This document shows positions 25,917 to 38,259 of a stretch of 64,000 bases of DNA, piece by piece. Source of the DNA: Vermamoeba vermiformis (taxonomy: Eukaryota); NCBI GenBank assembly GCA_045837725.1, contig JBEWZL010000127.1, positions 124,001-188,000 of the forward strand, read 5' to 3'. The position numbers were made by a program, and so were the translations under genes. Below the pieces are notes generated by a model. That model was not told where the DNA came from. It saw nothing but the letters and a program-made list of their open reading frames with translations, and ran no database searches. Positions within the stretch are counted from its first letter, which is position 1. Every line of letters starts with the position of its first letter.

Positions 25917-26098
25917 AAATTTGGCTATAACATAAAATTATTGTCTTCGCTGAGAATCCCACAGATGCCCGTAAATATGATAAGAGCTAGTAACCGAAAT
26001 CTATTTAATTGTGAATCAAAAGGCCCAAAAGGTTTTTGTCTGATCGAAATTCGGTCAAGTATACAGTTGAAGCTTTGCGAACGCAATAGATCGTCAAT

Positions 26099-29000
26099 AT
26101 GGAGCAAATAGATCTTATCGATGATATTTGGTTGCAAGTTTTCAATTATTTTGGACTTGATCGAGCTCGTCTTGCCATTGTAAGCAGAGAATATTCCTCT
26201 AGAAGCTGCATTCGCTAATTACGTAATTTATATTTATACGTCATACGTCATTATATATCTACTTTTATCAATCTACTTTTTCAATAATATTTATTAGAAA
26301 AATATTATTTTATTTTTTCTGGATGCATGACACTTCCTTCAGCTTATAAATAATGGGTTTCGGCTTTATTGCAATTTAATTGGTAAAAATTTTTAGGTAT
26401 GCAAGCGATGGGCAGCAGTGATTCTACATCCGCGTCATTGGCGCACTTTTGAAGCTGATTTCTCTGAGCAGAAAAAGAGGATTTGGCGATCGACGCATTC
26501 CAACTGACGGAATAGAGCCTTTCATTGCCAAGTATTGCACGAATCTGGTCGATTGTCATTTGACCAGCTGAGGGCTTTCGTAGCGTTCCTTCTTTGTTCA
26601 ACATGCTGCTTCAAATCAAAACTTTGCGACGGCTGGCAATATGCACGGAATCTTCAGGCTTTGGCAGATCGCAAATAGCTATTGAAGCCTCTCAACTCGT
26701 GGAGCCACAGTGCAAAGACTTAGTATTGCTCCACTTGAAGTCCGTGATCCTAAAACCTGATGCCTTACAAGCATTGTTACTTGTACGTACTAGTATTCTC
26801 GTAATATATTATCCGTATATACTAACGAATCGCAGGACTTGCCCAATCTCGAGGAGCTGTACCTCAGTCAGCCTATTGTGTCTGCCGAAGTTTTCGAACC
26901 AGCACAAAAGTTGCGACAATTGTCGTTTAACAATGACATTTTGGCAAGTATTGCAGAAGTGCAGCGGTTATCAGAAATGTTACTGAGCTTGCGGTATGTG
27001 GTCTACCCACCACAAAGAGTGTTTGGCAGTCCTACCCCAGACAATATTACAACGGTGGGCAACGTTACTTTGATCCCAATCACAGCATTGCAAAGCAGCG
27101 ATATGTCAAAGCTGCAACAACTCGGCACTTTCATATCACCAGCAAATCAACCACAGTTTTTGCTCAGAGCGCTTGAGAGTAGACGAAGCAAAGAGTATAT
27201 TCGTTACTTGGTCACCGAGCGGAAATACGATGTCAATTATACGTAAGTTACGCGTGCATCACTCTGCCTTAAGAGCTAACGTTGTTGTGTAGGAAAAAAG
27301 GCAAATTTTTTTACACGGTGGAGGCACCAGTCTATCAGGTTCGAATAGTTATAGAGGCAAGTGCGTTGTCTAACTCTTTGTAGATATACCCGCTGCAAGC
27401 AGCAGTGGGTGGTTTGCAAAACCTGCTCAAGTCAAACCAACCAACGGTCAACGATTACCTCGATGTTGTTGAAGAGCTGTTGAAGCTCGGTGCTGATCCG
27501 AACTCTCCTTTCTCGTACGATTCGCCTTTAGCTTCCTGCACTGACGCAGATACGTTCTTGATGCTACTGAAGTACGGCGCAGATCCAAACAAGTTGGTCG
27601 CCGGACAACCTGCTGCATGGTCCATTTTCAACAACAAATTTTTGGGTACGTTAGAGCTGCGTTACTGGTCGAATTGTAAACTAAACGTGTTTTGTAGAGC
27701 CCGAACGCGTTCTGCAAGAGCTCATTGGCGTGATGGATGTCAACGCGAAGTACGGTCCGGAGGAATATACAATGCTGATGGTATGCTAGTATCTATATAT
27801 TGAACAAAAACTGTTATATTAATTAATTTGTTTGATAGAACGCGGTAAATGAGCGTCATGGCCGATCTTCGCTGGTAAATATGCTGCTCGAGGCGGGAGC
27901 ACAATGGACACCTCGTGCATTGAATACTTTACATCACAGTATGCCCGAGTTAGTAAGTTGTTAGTATACTGTGTTTGAATTGCATTGTGTAATGAACTTC
28001 ATTTCAGTTTGAAGACTTCGTTCACAAGGGGAAGGCGGATTTATCATTGCTCAAGACGCCAAATGTATTCAAATCGTTGGAGCGAGGCATGTTGGCAGCA
28101 TTGTAAGTCCATTACAAGTTTTGATGAGCTACAATGACATCTAACCGATTATTTATTTTAGCCGCGATCATTTGAAGACACTAACGAGCGACGAAGAAGA
28201 GCCAAAGTTATCTCCGATGCATTATGCTGCATTAACGTTGATTCAAGAAACTGAATGTGGACAAGATTTGCATCCACGTGAACGCGAGAAGTTTGCAAAG
28301 CGATGGAGTGTCGCCGAAGAAGCAGCTTTACTCTTCGAGCCCTCTTTAACTAGGAAGGCAGAAAAAGATAAAAAACGGCGTCACATCGGAAAGCATTTGG
28401 CATCCCAGAAACAAGATGATGCACCGATCCAAGCGAACACAAATACTGGTGGCTTTGGTAGTACTCAGGCGCCAACACCGCTAGGTACGCCATCGACCTT
28501 TGGTGCATCAACGACATCGGGATTTGGTACGCCATCGACTTTTGGTGCATCAACAACATCGGGATTTGGTACACCATCTACCTTTGGTACATCAACGACA
28601 TCGGGATTTGGTTCAACTACAACGAAGTCAAGCCTTGAACCAAAGCCATTCTTTGGTTCTTCGGCGACAAGCAGTTCAATGGGTGGTCCTGCACCGACCC
28701 AAGCGAATACAAATACAGGTGGTTTTGGTACTAGTCAGGCGTCGACACCAGTTGGTACGTCATCGACCTTTGGTGCATCAACGACATCAGGATTTGGTAC
28801 ACCATCGACCTTTGGTACATCATCGACCTTTGGCACATCAACGACATCGGGATTTGGTTCTACAACGACGGGCTCAAGCCTTGAACCAAAGCCATTCTTT
28901 GGTTCTTCGACAACAAACAGTTCAATGGGTGCAAATAACTCACCTTCACCAAACGTTGGTACTACTACCACGTCCTTACGCTTTGGTTGGCGCCAACTTG

Positions 29001-31542
29001 GTCCTGCACCGACCCAAGCGAATACAAATACAGGTGGTTTTGGTACTAGTCAGGCGCCGACACCAGTTGGTACGTCATCGACCTTTGGTGCGCCAACAAC
29101 ATCAGGATTTGGTACACCATCGACCTTTGGCACATCAACGACATCGGGATTTGGTTCAACGACGACCTTTGGTGCATCAACAACATCGGGATTAGGTATA
29201 CCATCAACCTTTGTTCGTCCTCGTTACGTAACTTCAAAGCTTGAGTCTATTGACGAAGTTATTCCGCTGTTGAACTGCAGCATCAACGAAAAGACAAGCG
29301 ACGGTGCCACACCATTGTTGTTGTTGTGCATGTCAGTGTCGCACAGCAGTGAGGCTAAAGTCAAGAACACAACATCACTGATCAAGCACGGTGCAAACGT
29401 CAACCTCGCGGTAAGGAGGGATAATGTTTATTTGTTACAATGCTGATTCGAGTCATACAGGACAAACACGGGTGGACACCTCTTCATGCAGCACTGTACG
29501 TTGGAGACTGGTCTTTGGCTTCACTGCTGCTCGAACACGGAGCTGACATCAATGCACAAGACATGAAAGGCATCACACCACTGATGGCACTGATTTACGG
29601 CTTCAGACACATCGAGCAACTTGGTTTTGACGACTTCGAATCAGAGTGGTCCAAACTGATCACTTCGTTCAATGTTGACTTGTCATTGGTCGATCGATCG
29701 TTCAATCGTTCTTTGGTGCATTTGATGGCTGCTGTTGGATCGCCAGCAATGTTCGAGTGTGTTGAAGAAAAACTTCAAGGACTGGATTTGGTGAATGCAA
29801 AGTACGTGCTCTCATAAACCAACACGCACTAACATATTTGAAAGGGATATTGAAGGCTTCACACCACTTCACTACGCAGTGATGTTCGACAACATCGAAA
29901 CAGTGCATTATCTTCTGGATCATGGCGCTGATGCGAATGCACAAACAACTTCGCTGAAACTAACGCGTACGTTCTACTGTCCCTATTGACCTTCTACTTT
30001 ACTGATTTAAATGCTGATAGCCGCGATGGTGTTGTGCAACATTGTACCAACAGAAATTAACGCTTATCTCGCTCATTACAACACGTTGCTTTTGGGTCAA
30101 TTCTCGACGCATCTTCTGGCTGCAGACTATGACAGAAAACAAATTCAGCCACCATGGGTCCGTTCAGCGCCAAGGGACTTTATGTAGGTATCTTTTGCGG
30201 CCGTCACAACTTTAACAATTGGCGCAGGGAAAAAGAGAAAATGCTCAACTTTGACACAATGATGAAGGCACTTGTACTGCAGTCAAATCCAGCAGTACTT
30301 GATGATGACGGCAATACAATCTTGCACCACTTAGTAGGCTTGATAGAACATCTGATGGCGTGTTCAGTCTCCAATCCAAGTTCTGTTGCAACGAATGTAC
30401 TCGAAGTAATTCGAACGACCAATGCATTTAAATCATACTGGACCAAACCAAACTTCAAGAATCGAACCCCAGCCAATAGGTATGTCCCACAATAGTCAAA
30501 CTCAACTAACGGTATTTTTTCAAAGATTTATTTGTGGCATTTGTTCGCTTGGAGGCAATGCTCTTAAGTGGCGAATGGAGTAAGTGGTGATTTGATATTG
30601 CAAGCATTGCCTAAATTGTGGTTGTTAGGATACTTCAGATAATCAAAGAACAAGAGATCGATTTGAATCACGAAGGAACACACGCTTCAGCCCAATTGCT
30701 TCTTTCTAGTTTGCCACCCAGCTTGAAACTTGAGTTGCTGGCTCTAATAGGTAAAGCCATTAGTATTGAAGAAACTGATGTTATGGCACTAACCTTGATT
30801 AAGATCATTCACAAACCAATTATGTAAGCCAAGTGCTTGAGCCACGCAAGGGCAATCCGCTCTTCGATTTGCTTCAAAATGCAGCTTATGATGTTGCATT
30901 GGTCAAGACAGTACTCCTTGCATACCCAAATGCTATTAATGGCACTGATCAAACTGGAGCCACACCGTTAATCTTTTATGTTGTTGGTGTAAGTTGTTAT
31001 AGTTGGGTTTAATATATATATTAACTTCTATCATATCAGCTACTGCAAAGAGGATCGTTTATTGCTAGCGTAAGTGCTCTTAATATTGAATATTGCTTCA
31101 ACTCATGGCTTGTTTTTAGTTACATGAAATTCTTCCTGTGATTGATGTTTTGTTGGCAACTCAAGGTATGATTTCAAGTGTTTGTAATGGCATGCTAGTG
31201 TGCTAATGTTTTGTTTTGTTAGGTGTCGATCTGGATGCACAAGATCAAGATGGAAACACAGCACTTCATTACGCCTGCAAGTACTTCCACACTGGATTTA
31301 TTGATGCCATTGATGCCAACTTGAACATTGTGGGCTTAGCAGTAACATATTGCTTGTTTGCTTTCAAGTTGGTTGAAGCAGGAGCACGAACAGATCTCAA
31401 AAACAAGCGAGGTCAAACACCTCTTGATTATGCACCCAAGCTGATGGAGCACTATGAAAAGGTGTATCCTATTGTTAAGGCTGTGAAGCTTAAGGAAGAG
31501 CAAAAGCCACTTTACAAGAAAGAAGGAAAACATGGTTGGTGA
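26099..31542 (+). CDS. F-box / LRR-like / ankyrin-repeat protein, paralog A, with FG-repeat insertion
   Basis: MEQIDLIDDIWLQVFNYF...VCKRW (F-box); PNLEELYL and LRQLSF (LRR-like); ankyrin repeats LLKLGADPN, GWTPLHAA...LLEHGADINAQD, GFTPLHYA, GNTALHYA, GQTPLDYA. Confidence 0.85.
28421..29210 (+). repeat. Hierarchical coding repeat of FG motifs (STFG/SGFG, 42-bp core unit; three higher-order units starting APxQANTNTGGFG)
   Basis: 22 FG dipeptides counted in an S/T/G-rich spacer; higher-order units start near 28421, 28691 and 29006. Confidence 0.9.
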
Positions 31543-31999
31543 ACCAAAAGGCGAAATTTGCAGATTTCAGATCTGAACTCACTGCAGTACCACAAACAAC
31601 GATATTATGAATTGTTTACTACATAGGCTTGGAGAGTGTAATAAAATATGCAAGAAAACAGCTTTATTTGTTGAAGGAGCTTTCAGATCCAAAGTACAGA
31701 CTGGATTCAATTCACTGACAACTAAAAAAATTCCTGCCCTCTCAATTAATAAGTATGTATTTTCAGTGTCACATAATGCACAAAAGCAACATATTTAATA
31801 AATTTCAGAACATATCAACTGCAATCTCTACACACATCACCACTCAGGTGTGCCAAAAAAAGCCTGGATGCAATGTCCTTAAAGCAGGTGCTTGCAGAGT
31901 TAGAATGGAATCGAGCTGAAGTGCGCAGATTAACTGCAAGCAGCGCACTGGAATCAAGAATGAAGAAAAAATAAAGAAACCATCAAGGAGCTGTTGCCC

Positions 32000-32840
32000 A
32001 ATCAGCCAAAAAATGGAACCATTGCTACGGCCACCTTCCCACCGACAGCTTTTTCCATGCGGGGTACGCGCGCACCATCAGAGTCGATGACAGCACTGCC
32101 GAGTCCGAGCTGTTCAGTGAGCCGTGCGATGCGTTCCACTCATATTGCGCAGTTTGAGGTTATTGGTACTGTGAAGAAATTGACAGGTGAGCAAATATCG
32201 CGTTGAGTAATATCACGCGACTAACCTTTTGGTTTCTTGTAGGCGAGCGTTTGATCATAAAGCGGTTCTGTCCCGCTTCCTCGTTGACTGGGGTCAACGC
32301 GATATCAATAGGCACTATCACCGCTGACCAGGAGGACACCTCGCTCAGCGACGATATCTGCAATCATGTTTTAGCGTACGAAAGAATACTATTGTGACTT
32401 ACGCAGCGAGGTTGTTCGCAAGGACTCGTGCAGATAGTGTTGGAGTCATCGGACTGTTCCGGGGATCCGGTGCCACTGCTGAATCGATTGAAGTACACGT
32501 GGCTAATTACAAGTATGAGCACTAATATAATATCTTATTTACTTACATCTCCTTAACGTTGACTAAGCTGTGCAAAAGCGGCACTTGACCCGTGAACGCG
32601 ATGTTGACGAGGGTCCTACACGGGTTAGAAATCATCATTAAGGGTGCCTTCTATATACTTACAAGTACTCGAGAGGACGCATTAAACACAATGCTGATGG
32701 TAATGTTCTGACTAAATAGTTGTCCGAAAGATCACTGCCAAGCACGAGGTCAGAGACGGATCTTTAATGAATTCCTAACGTTGAACCCGCATTCCCTTCG
32801 CACGCTGCAACTGAATAACGTTCTTGGACTCTCGTTCATG
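32000..32840 (-). pseudogene. Degenerate intron-containing gene fragment between the two F-box/ankyrin paralogs
   Basis: GC-richer exon-like blocks bounded by GTAAGT/GTTAGT donors and AG acceptors, but no continuous frame and no recognisable family. Confidence 0.3.
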
Positions 32841-33503
32841 GTATTCCACCGAGATAAATACTACGTAATACGAAAGTGAGCGGGTGGCATCAAAACATGC
32901 ATTGCACGCGAAAGAAAATTCAATGCAAAGGTCCGTTTTTATCATTAATAAATATTATATTAATGTAATATAATTTTGTTACACGTTGAATTTCAAGCAT
33001 TAATCAAATTCTGATCAGATGTCAGATCGGGCGTTTGCTTCAATAAACGATATTTAATTAAACTAACGTACCTAATAATATTTGTTGATTAATGCTGCAA
33101 CCGTTGTAGAGCTGATGCAAGTCCCATCCGTAAGAGAAACGAATTTTACTAATCACCGTGGATTCAAGTTGATAAATGGCCTAAAATATAAATAAATGAG
33201 TCTTAATAATCCCCTGCCGCATAATCACGGCAAAACACGACTTCAAATCAAGGCAGATCTGCCACTTATTTCGTCGATCTCGCCAATAAGCGATAACATA
33301 AACTCACCATATTCCGTGCACTCTTACCACTAACTGATACGGATGCATTTAAAATACAAGCAATGCCCGAAATCTTACTTTTTTCTAAGGCACGTGCTTC
33401 TGCCTAGGCAGGCGAATTTGCTTCTCCGGTTGCGCGCCATTTTTACGGGTTGTGTCGTTAATGCACTGTGCAATACGTGGTCATAATGCAATAGATCGTC
33501 AAT

Positions 33504-36500
33504 ATGGAGGAAATAGATCTTATTGATGATATTTGGTTGCAAGTTTTCAATTATTTTGGAGTTGATCGCGCTCGTCTTGCCATCGTAAGCAGAGAAGCAA
33601 AAAGATTTATTATCTTCGTTAATTGCCTTGATTTTATTTATTGAACAACTGACATCTCCTTTCGGCAAGGATGATTGATTGAGTCAAATTTTAGATCGAA
33701 ACTGAATTCTTATTTACTGCTCTGTTGTTTTAATTAAATATTGACGGATTTGTAATTTAATATAAATTTATCAGGTGTGCAAGCGTTGGGCCGACGTTAT
33801 TTTGCATCCACTGAATTGGCGAACTTTTGAAGCGGATTTCCAGCTTAGAAAAAGGACTTTTGCGTTCAAAAATTCAAAAGAGAAGAACTATAATATCGAG
33901 CCTTTCATTGCTAAGTACTGCACAAATTTGGTCGATTGCTATTTGACGATCGAGAGCAGATCTCGTAACGTTAACTCGTTGCTCAATGTGTTATTTCAAA
34001 TCAAGACTTTGCGACGACTGGTGCTGCGCGTATCGTTCGTGGAGCCAGTAAAGGTCATTGATGTCACCGTACTAAAGACAACACCAAACCAAGCCTCGCC
34101 GGTGCGTGAGGATCCACTGCTCGTGCCACAGTGCAAAGACATGGTATTGCTCAATTTGAGTGTACATCAACTCGAGACGGAAGGTTTACAAACCTTATTG
34201 AGCGTAAGTCGCTGCATTAGCTTGCCTTTCGAACATTAATTAACGAACATAATGCTTACGTAGGGCTTGCCTAATCTTGAAGACCTTTACTTGGACTTGA
34301 AGGCCACGCTCAACTCCGTCGAATTGTTCGCTCCAGTACAAAAGTTGAAGTTGTTGACCTTAAGTAACGGTGCTTTGTCCAATTTGGCTGAACTGCGGAG
34401 GTTATCGGAGTTACTACCAAACCTTCGGTACGTGGTTTACGAAGGCACTAAAAACTTTTGGGCACCGAACTCGCAAGACGCGCTTGAGCCTTTGACGGTG
34501 GGAAATCTTACTATTGTTCCGACTGCGGTCTTGGAAAAAGGCGATCTGGCTTCGCTCAAACGACTAGGCAAATTCGTTTCACCAGCGAACCAACCCTTGT
34601 TGTTGCTCAGAGCACTTAATTACAGACACAACAAAGAGGTTATACGTTACTTGATTACCGAATGCCACTTTGACGTCAACTTTGTGTATGTTTTCAGTTC
34701 GTTTGTTTGCTAACGGTGCATCAGGAAACACGAGTTCTCGTACAATACTTCCGAATTAAGCTTTCGTGGCTTAGAAGAAAAATATCCACTGCACGCGGCA
34801 TTGGCTTCAAAAGCATTCATGATGGGTCGATCCGTGGCGGTCACCGATTACCTCGATGTCGTCGAAGAACTGTTGAAGCTTGGTGCTGATCCGAACTCTC
34901 CGTTAGCGAGCAGTTCTCCTCTAGTACATTGTGGGGAAGCAGCTTCGTTCTTGCTGTTGCTGAAGTACGGCGCAAATCCGAACAAGATAGTCAACGGATA
35001 TCCTGCTGCGTGGTCCATCTTCCTTCTTTCCTCAGGTACTGCATTATTTATGCTATTGTATTAGCAGCTTACATTTTACAGGCACTGAGGAAGCACTGAA
35101 AGGTTTAATTGGCGTGTGCGATGTAAACGCCGTACACGGAGCTGAAAGCGCGACGATGCTTCTGGTAAGATTAATCTTCTCGTGTAACGTTATTTATGCT
35201 AATTAATGAAAAAAGAGGGCAATATTTAATCGAAGCAGAGATAGACAGGCAGTGGTGGATTTATTGCTCGAGGCGGGAGCACAATGGACGCCACTTGCCT
35301 TGAATTCTTTACGTCAATCTATGCCTCAATTGGTAAGTTGTTAGTGACGAAAGTTCTGTCACAGTAGCTAATACAATTTATTCCCAGTTTGAGGACGTTG
35401 TTCGCAACCGGAAGGCAGACTTGTCGATGCTTGAGACTACGGTCATCTTTGAATCGATAGAACAAGGCTCGTTAGAGTTGTTGTAAGTCGAGTTCAATCA
35501 CTGTTTGTTACAACAGTCATGCTCAATCATTTTTAATAGCCGCGATCATTTGAAGACACTAACGGCGGACGAAAAGGAGCCAAAGCTGTCCCCGATGCAC
35601 TACGCTGCGTTAATAATGACTAATGGGGCTGAAAGTGGACAAGATTTACAGCCTAACAGGAAAGGCACGTCTGACATTTTTCGGTGGAGATTAACCACGC
35701 TACTATCTGGCGACACTCAAGTGCCTCGTCGCATTGGAAAAAAGCTGGACAATAATAATAAGCAGGGTTCTACGCAGAGGTCAAGCTCGAATGCTCTTTC
35801 GTTTCCTTCATCAATGTTTGGCGCGACAACCACAACACCAATGTTTAATTTTGGTTCCACTGCAACAAATTCTGGCGCATTATTTGGCGGTGCGATGAAC
35901 AACTTTTCGGCAGGAAACAAGGGATCAACGTCAAAGCTTGAGTCTATTGACGAAGTTATTCCGCTGTTGAACTGCAGCATCAACGAAAAGACAAGCGACG
36001 GTGCCACACCATTGCTGTTGTTGTGCATGTCTTTGTCACACAGCAGCGAGGCCAAAGTCAAGAACGCAACATCACTGATCAAGCACGGTGCAAATGTCAA
36101 TCTTGCGGTAAGAGTTGATGAAGTTATTGTTATTGCAATACTGATTCGAGTCATACAGGACAAATACGGGTGGACACCTCTTCATGCAGCACTGTACGCT
36201 GGAGACTGGTCTTTGGCTTCACTGCTGCTCGAACACGGAGCTGACATCAATGCACAAGACATGAAAGGCATCACACCACTGATGGCACTGATTTACGGCT
36301 TCAGACACATCGAGCAACTTGGTTTTGACAACTTCGAATCAGAGTGGTCCAAACTGATCACTTCGTTCAACGTTGACTTGTCATTGGTCGATCGATCGTT
36401 CAATCGCTCTTTGGTTCATTTGATGGCTGCTGTTGGATCGCCAGCAATGTTCGAGTGCGCCGAGCAAACGTTTTTGAAAGCAGAGTTAATTAATGCGAGG

Positions 36501-38154
36501 TAAGCAGGCTCAGTTAGTGAGTTGTTGAGCTAACGTATTTGAAAGGGATATTGAAGGCTTCACACCACTTCACTACGCAGTGATGTTCGACAACATCGAA
36601 ACAGTGCAATATCTTCTGGATCATGGTGCTAATGCCAACGCACAAACAATTTCGCTGAAGATAACACGTACGTTGCCATATAATTATAAGCAGTAGTTAG
36701 TTTTGCTAACAAACTCTAATATATTAGCTGCAATGATGTTGTGCAATATGGTTGAACCAACGACAACGAGCAACAACTCTTATCTCACTCGTTACAACAC
36801 ATTACTTATGGCGAAATTCTTACGAAGTAGCATCGGCCAGATAGGATCGTTCAACAAATCTTTTATTTCACCGCCTTGGAATCGACCGAACATATTTTTT
36901 GGTGACCACATGTACGCGCTATTTTTGAGCTCTGTTGTGAACCGTTAGTTATTAACGTTAAATTAGTACCGAAGAGAGGATTTTAAACTTTAACACAATG
37001 CTGAAAGTTCTCGTCATGCCCTCAAATCCTGCGATAATTGATGACGATGGCAACACTATCGTGCATCACTTGGTAGACTTGCTTCAACCATACAGTGAGT
37101 TGGTGCCACGTTGTTCGGTTATTTTTGACTTGCTGCAAACAGTCAAATCATTTAAACCTCACTGGAATGCAAAGAACTTCAAGAATGAAACGCCAGCGAA
37201 CAAGTAAGTCCAAAAGTTAAACATTTATTAACTTAATGCCAATAATTCTAACTATCGTTTAGATTAATTCACTATGTTTGCAGCGCAGATTCACTCAGCC
37301 TCCTTCCATACTGCGAACGGTATGAAATTTCCTTTTTATTCAATAAGTTACATTACGCTAAACCGTACTTAAAGCGCGATTGAGTTGATAAGAGAACAAA
37401 GCATTGATATTGCACACGAAGGAGTCCTTGACGCATTTGAGCAACTGTTGTGTCATAAAGTCATACCAGCGGAACTAAAACTAAAGTTCATGAGCCTCAT
37501 TGGTAAGCTCTCGTACTGCATTAAATGACCGAAGCCTAATTGCCATGAAAAGATTTGTCGCGCTTGCGATAATGTGAGGCACACTCGCACTGTGATAAAG
37601 AAGAGCAATCCACTCTTCGCGGCACTGCAAGGCCAACATTCCGGTGCACTAATTAAGGCAATAATAGAGGCTTATCCGAGCATTATAAACGATACTAATG
37701 AAGATGGAGCAACGCCGTTAGTGGCTTATGTGAAACAAGGTGTAAGTTTAATTGAGTCTTTTGTACGAATTTAGATCTGACAAAAACTTTTAGGTGCAAT
37801 TTACCGCTGCGTTGGATGCATTATTCGAAGCTTCAGGTATGCGAGAATACAATACTTTGAAATATTAAAGAGTCCCTCTAATGTTCGTTTTTAGGTGTCG
37901 ATCTGAACGCACAAGATCAAGACGGAAACACAGCACTTCATTATGCATGCAAGTACTTCCACATTGGATTTATTGACGCCGTTGATGCCATTGAATGCCT
38001 ACGGTCCAGCTTGTTTGCTTTCAAGTTGGTTGAAGCAGGAGCACGAACAGATCTCAAAAACAAGCGAGGTCAAACACCTCTCGATTACTCACCCAAGCTG
38101 TTGGAACACTATGAAAAGGTGTATCCTATAGTCAAGCAGTTTGGAATCAAATGA
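33504..38154 (+). CDS. F-box / LRR-like / ankyrin-repeat protein, paralog B
   Basis: MEEIDLIDDIWLQVFNYF...VCKRW; same exon order as paralog A; near-identical central ankyrin exons; short insert with 3 FG motifs. Confidence 0.85.
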
Positions 38155-38259
38155 GGTCGTAGAACGGCGGCCAACTTTTTGCGCGCATTTTTAAAAATTT
38201 GCTATTTTAGTTTATTACGCTGATTGATGCATCACAATACCATAAACAAATTTAAAGAC

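Noticed and set aside
25925-26137. Similar minus-strand ORFs at 25925-26137 and 33375-33668
   Set aside because: Antisense to the conserved F-box first exons of the two paralogs.
28500-29195. 231-aa His/Arg-rich overlapping ORF
   Set aside because: Alternative frame of the FG repeat; no independent evidence of coding.
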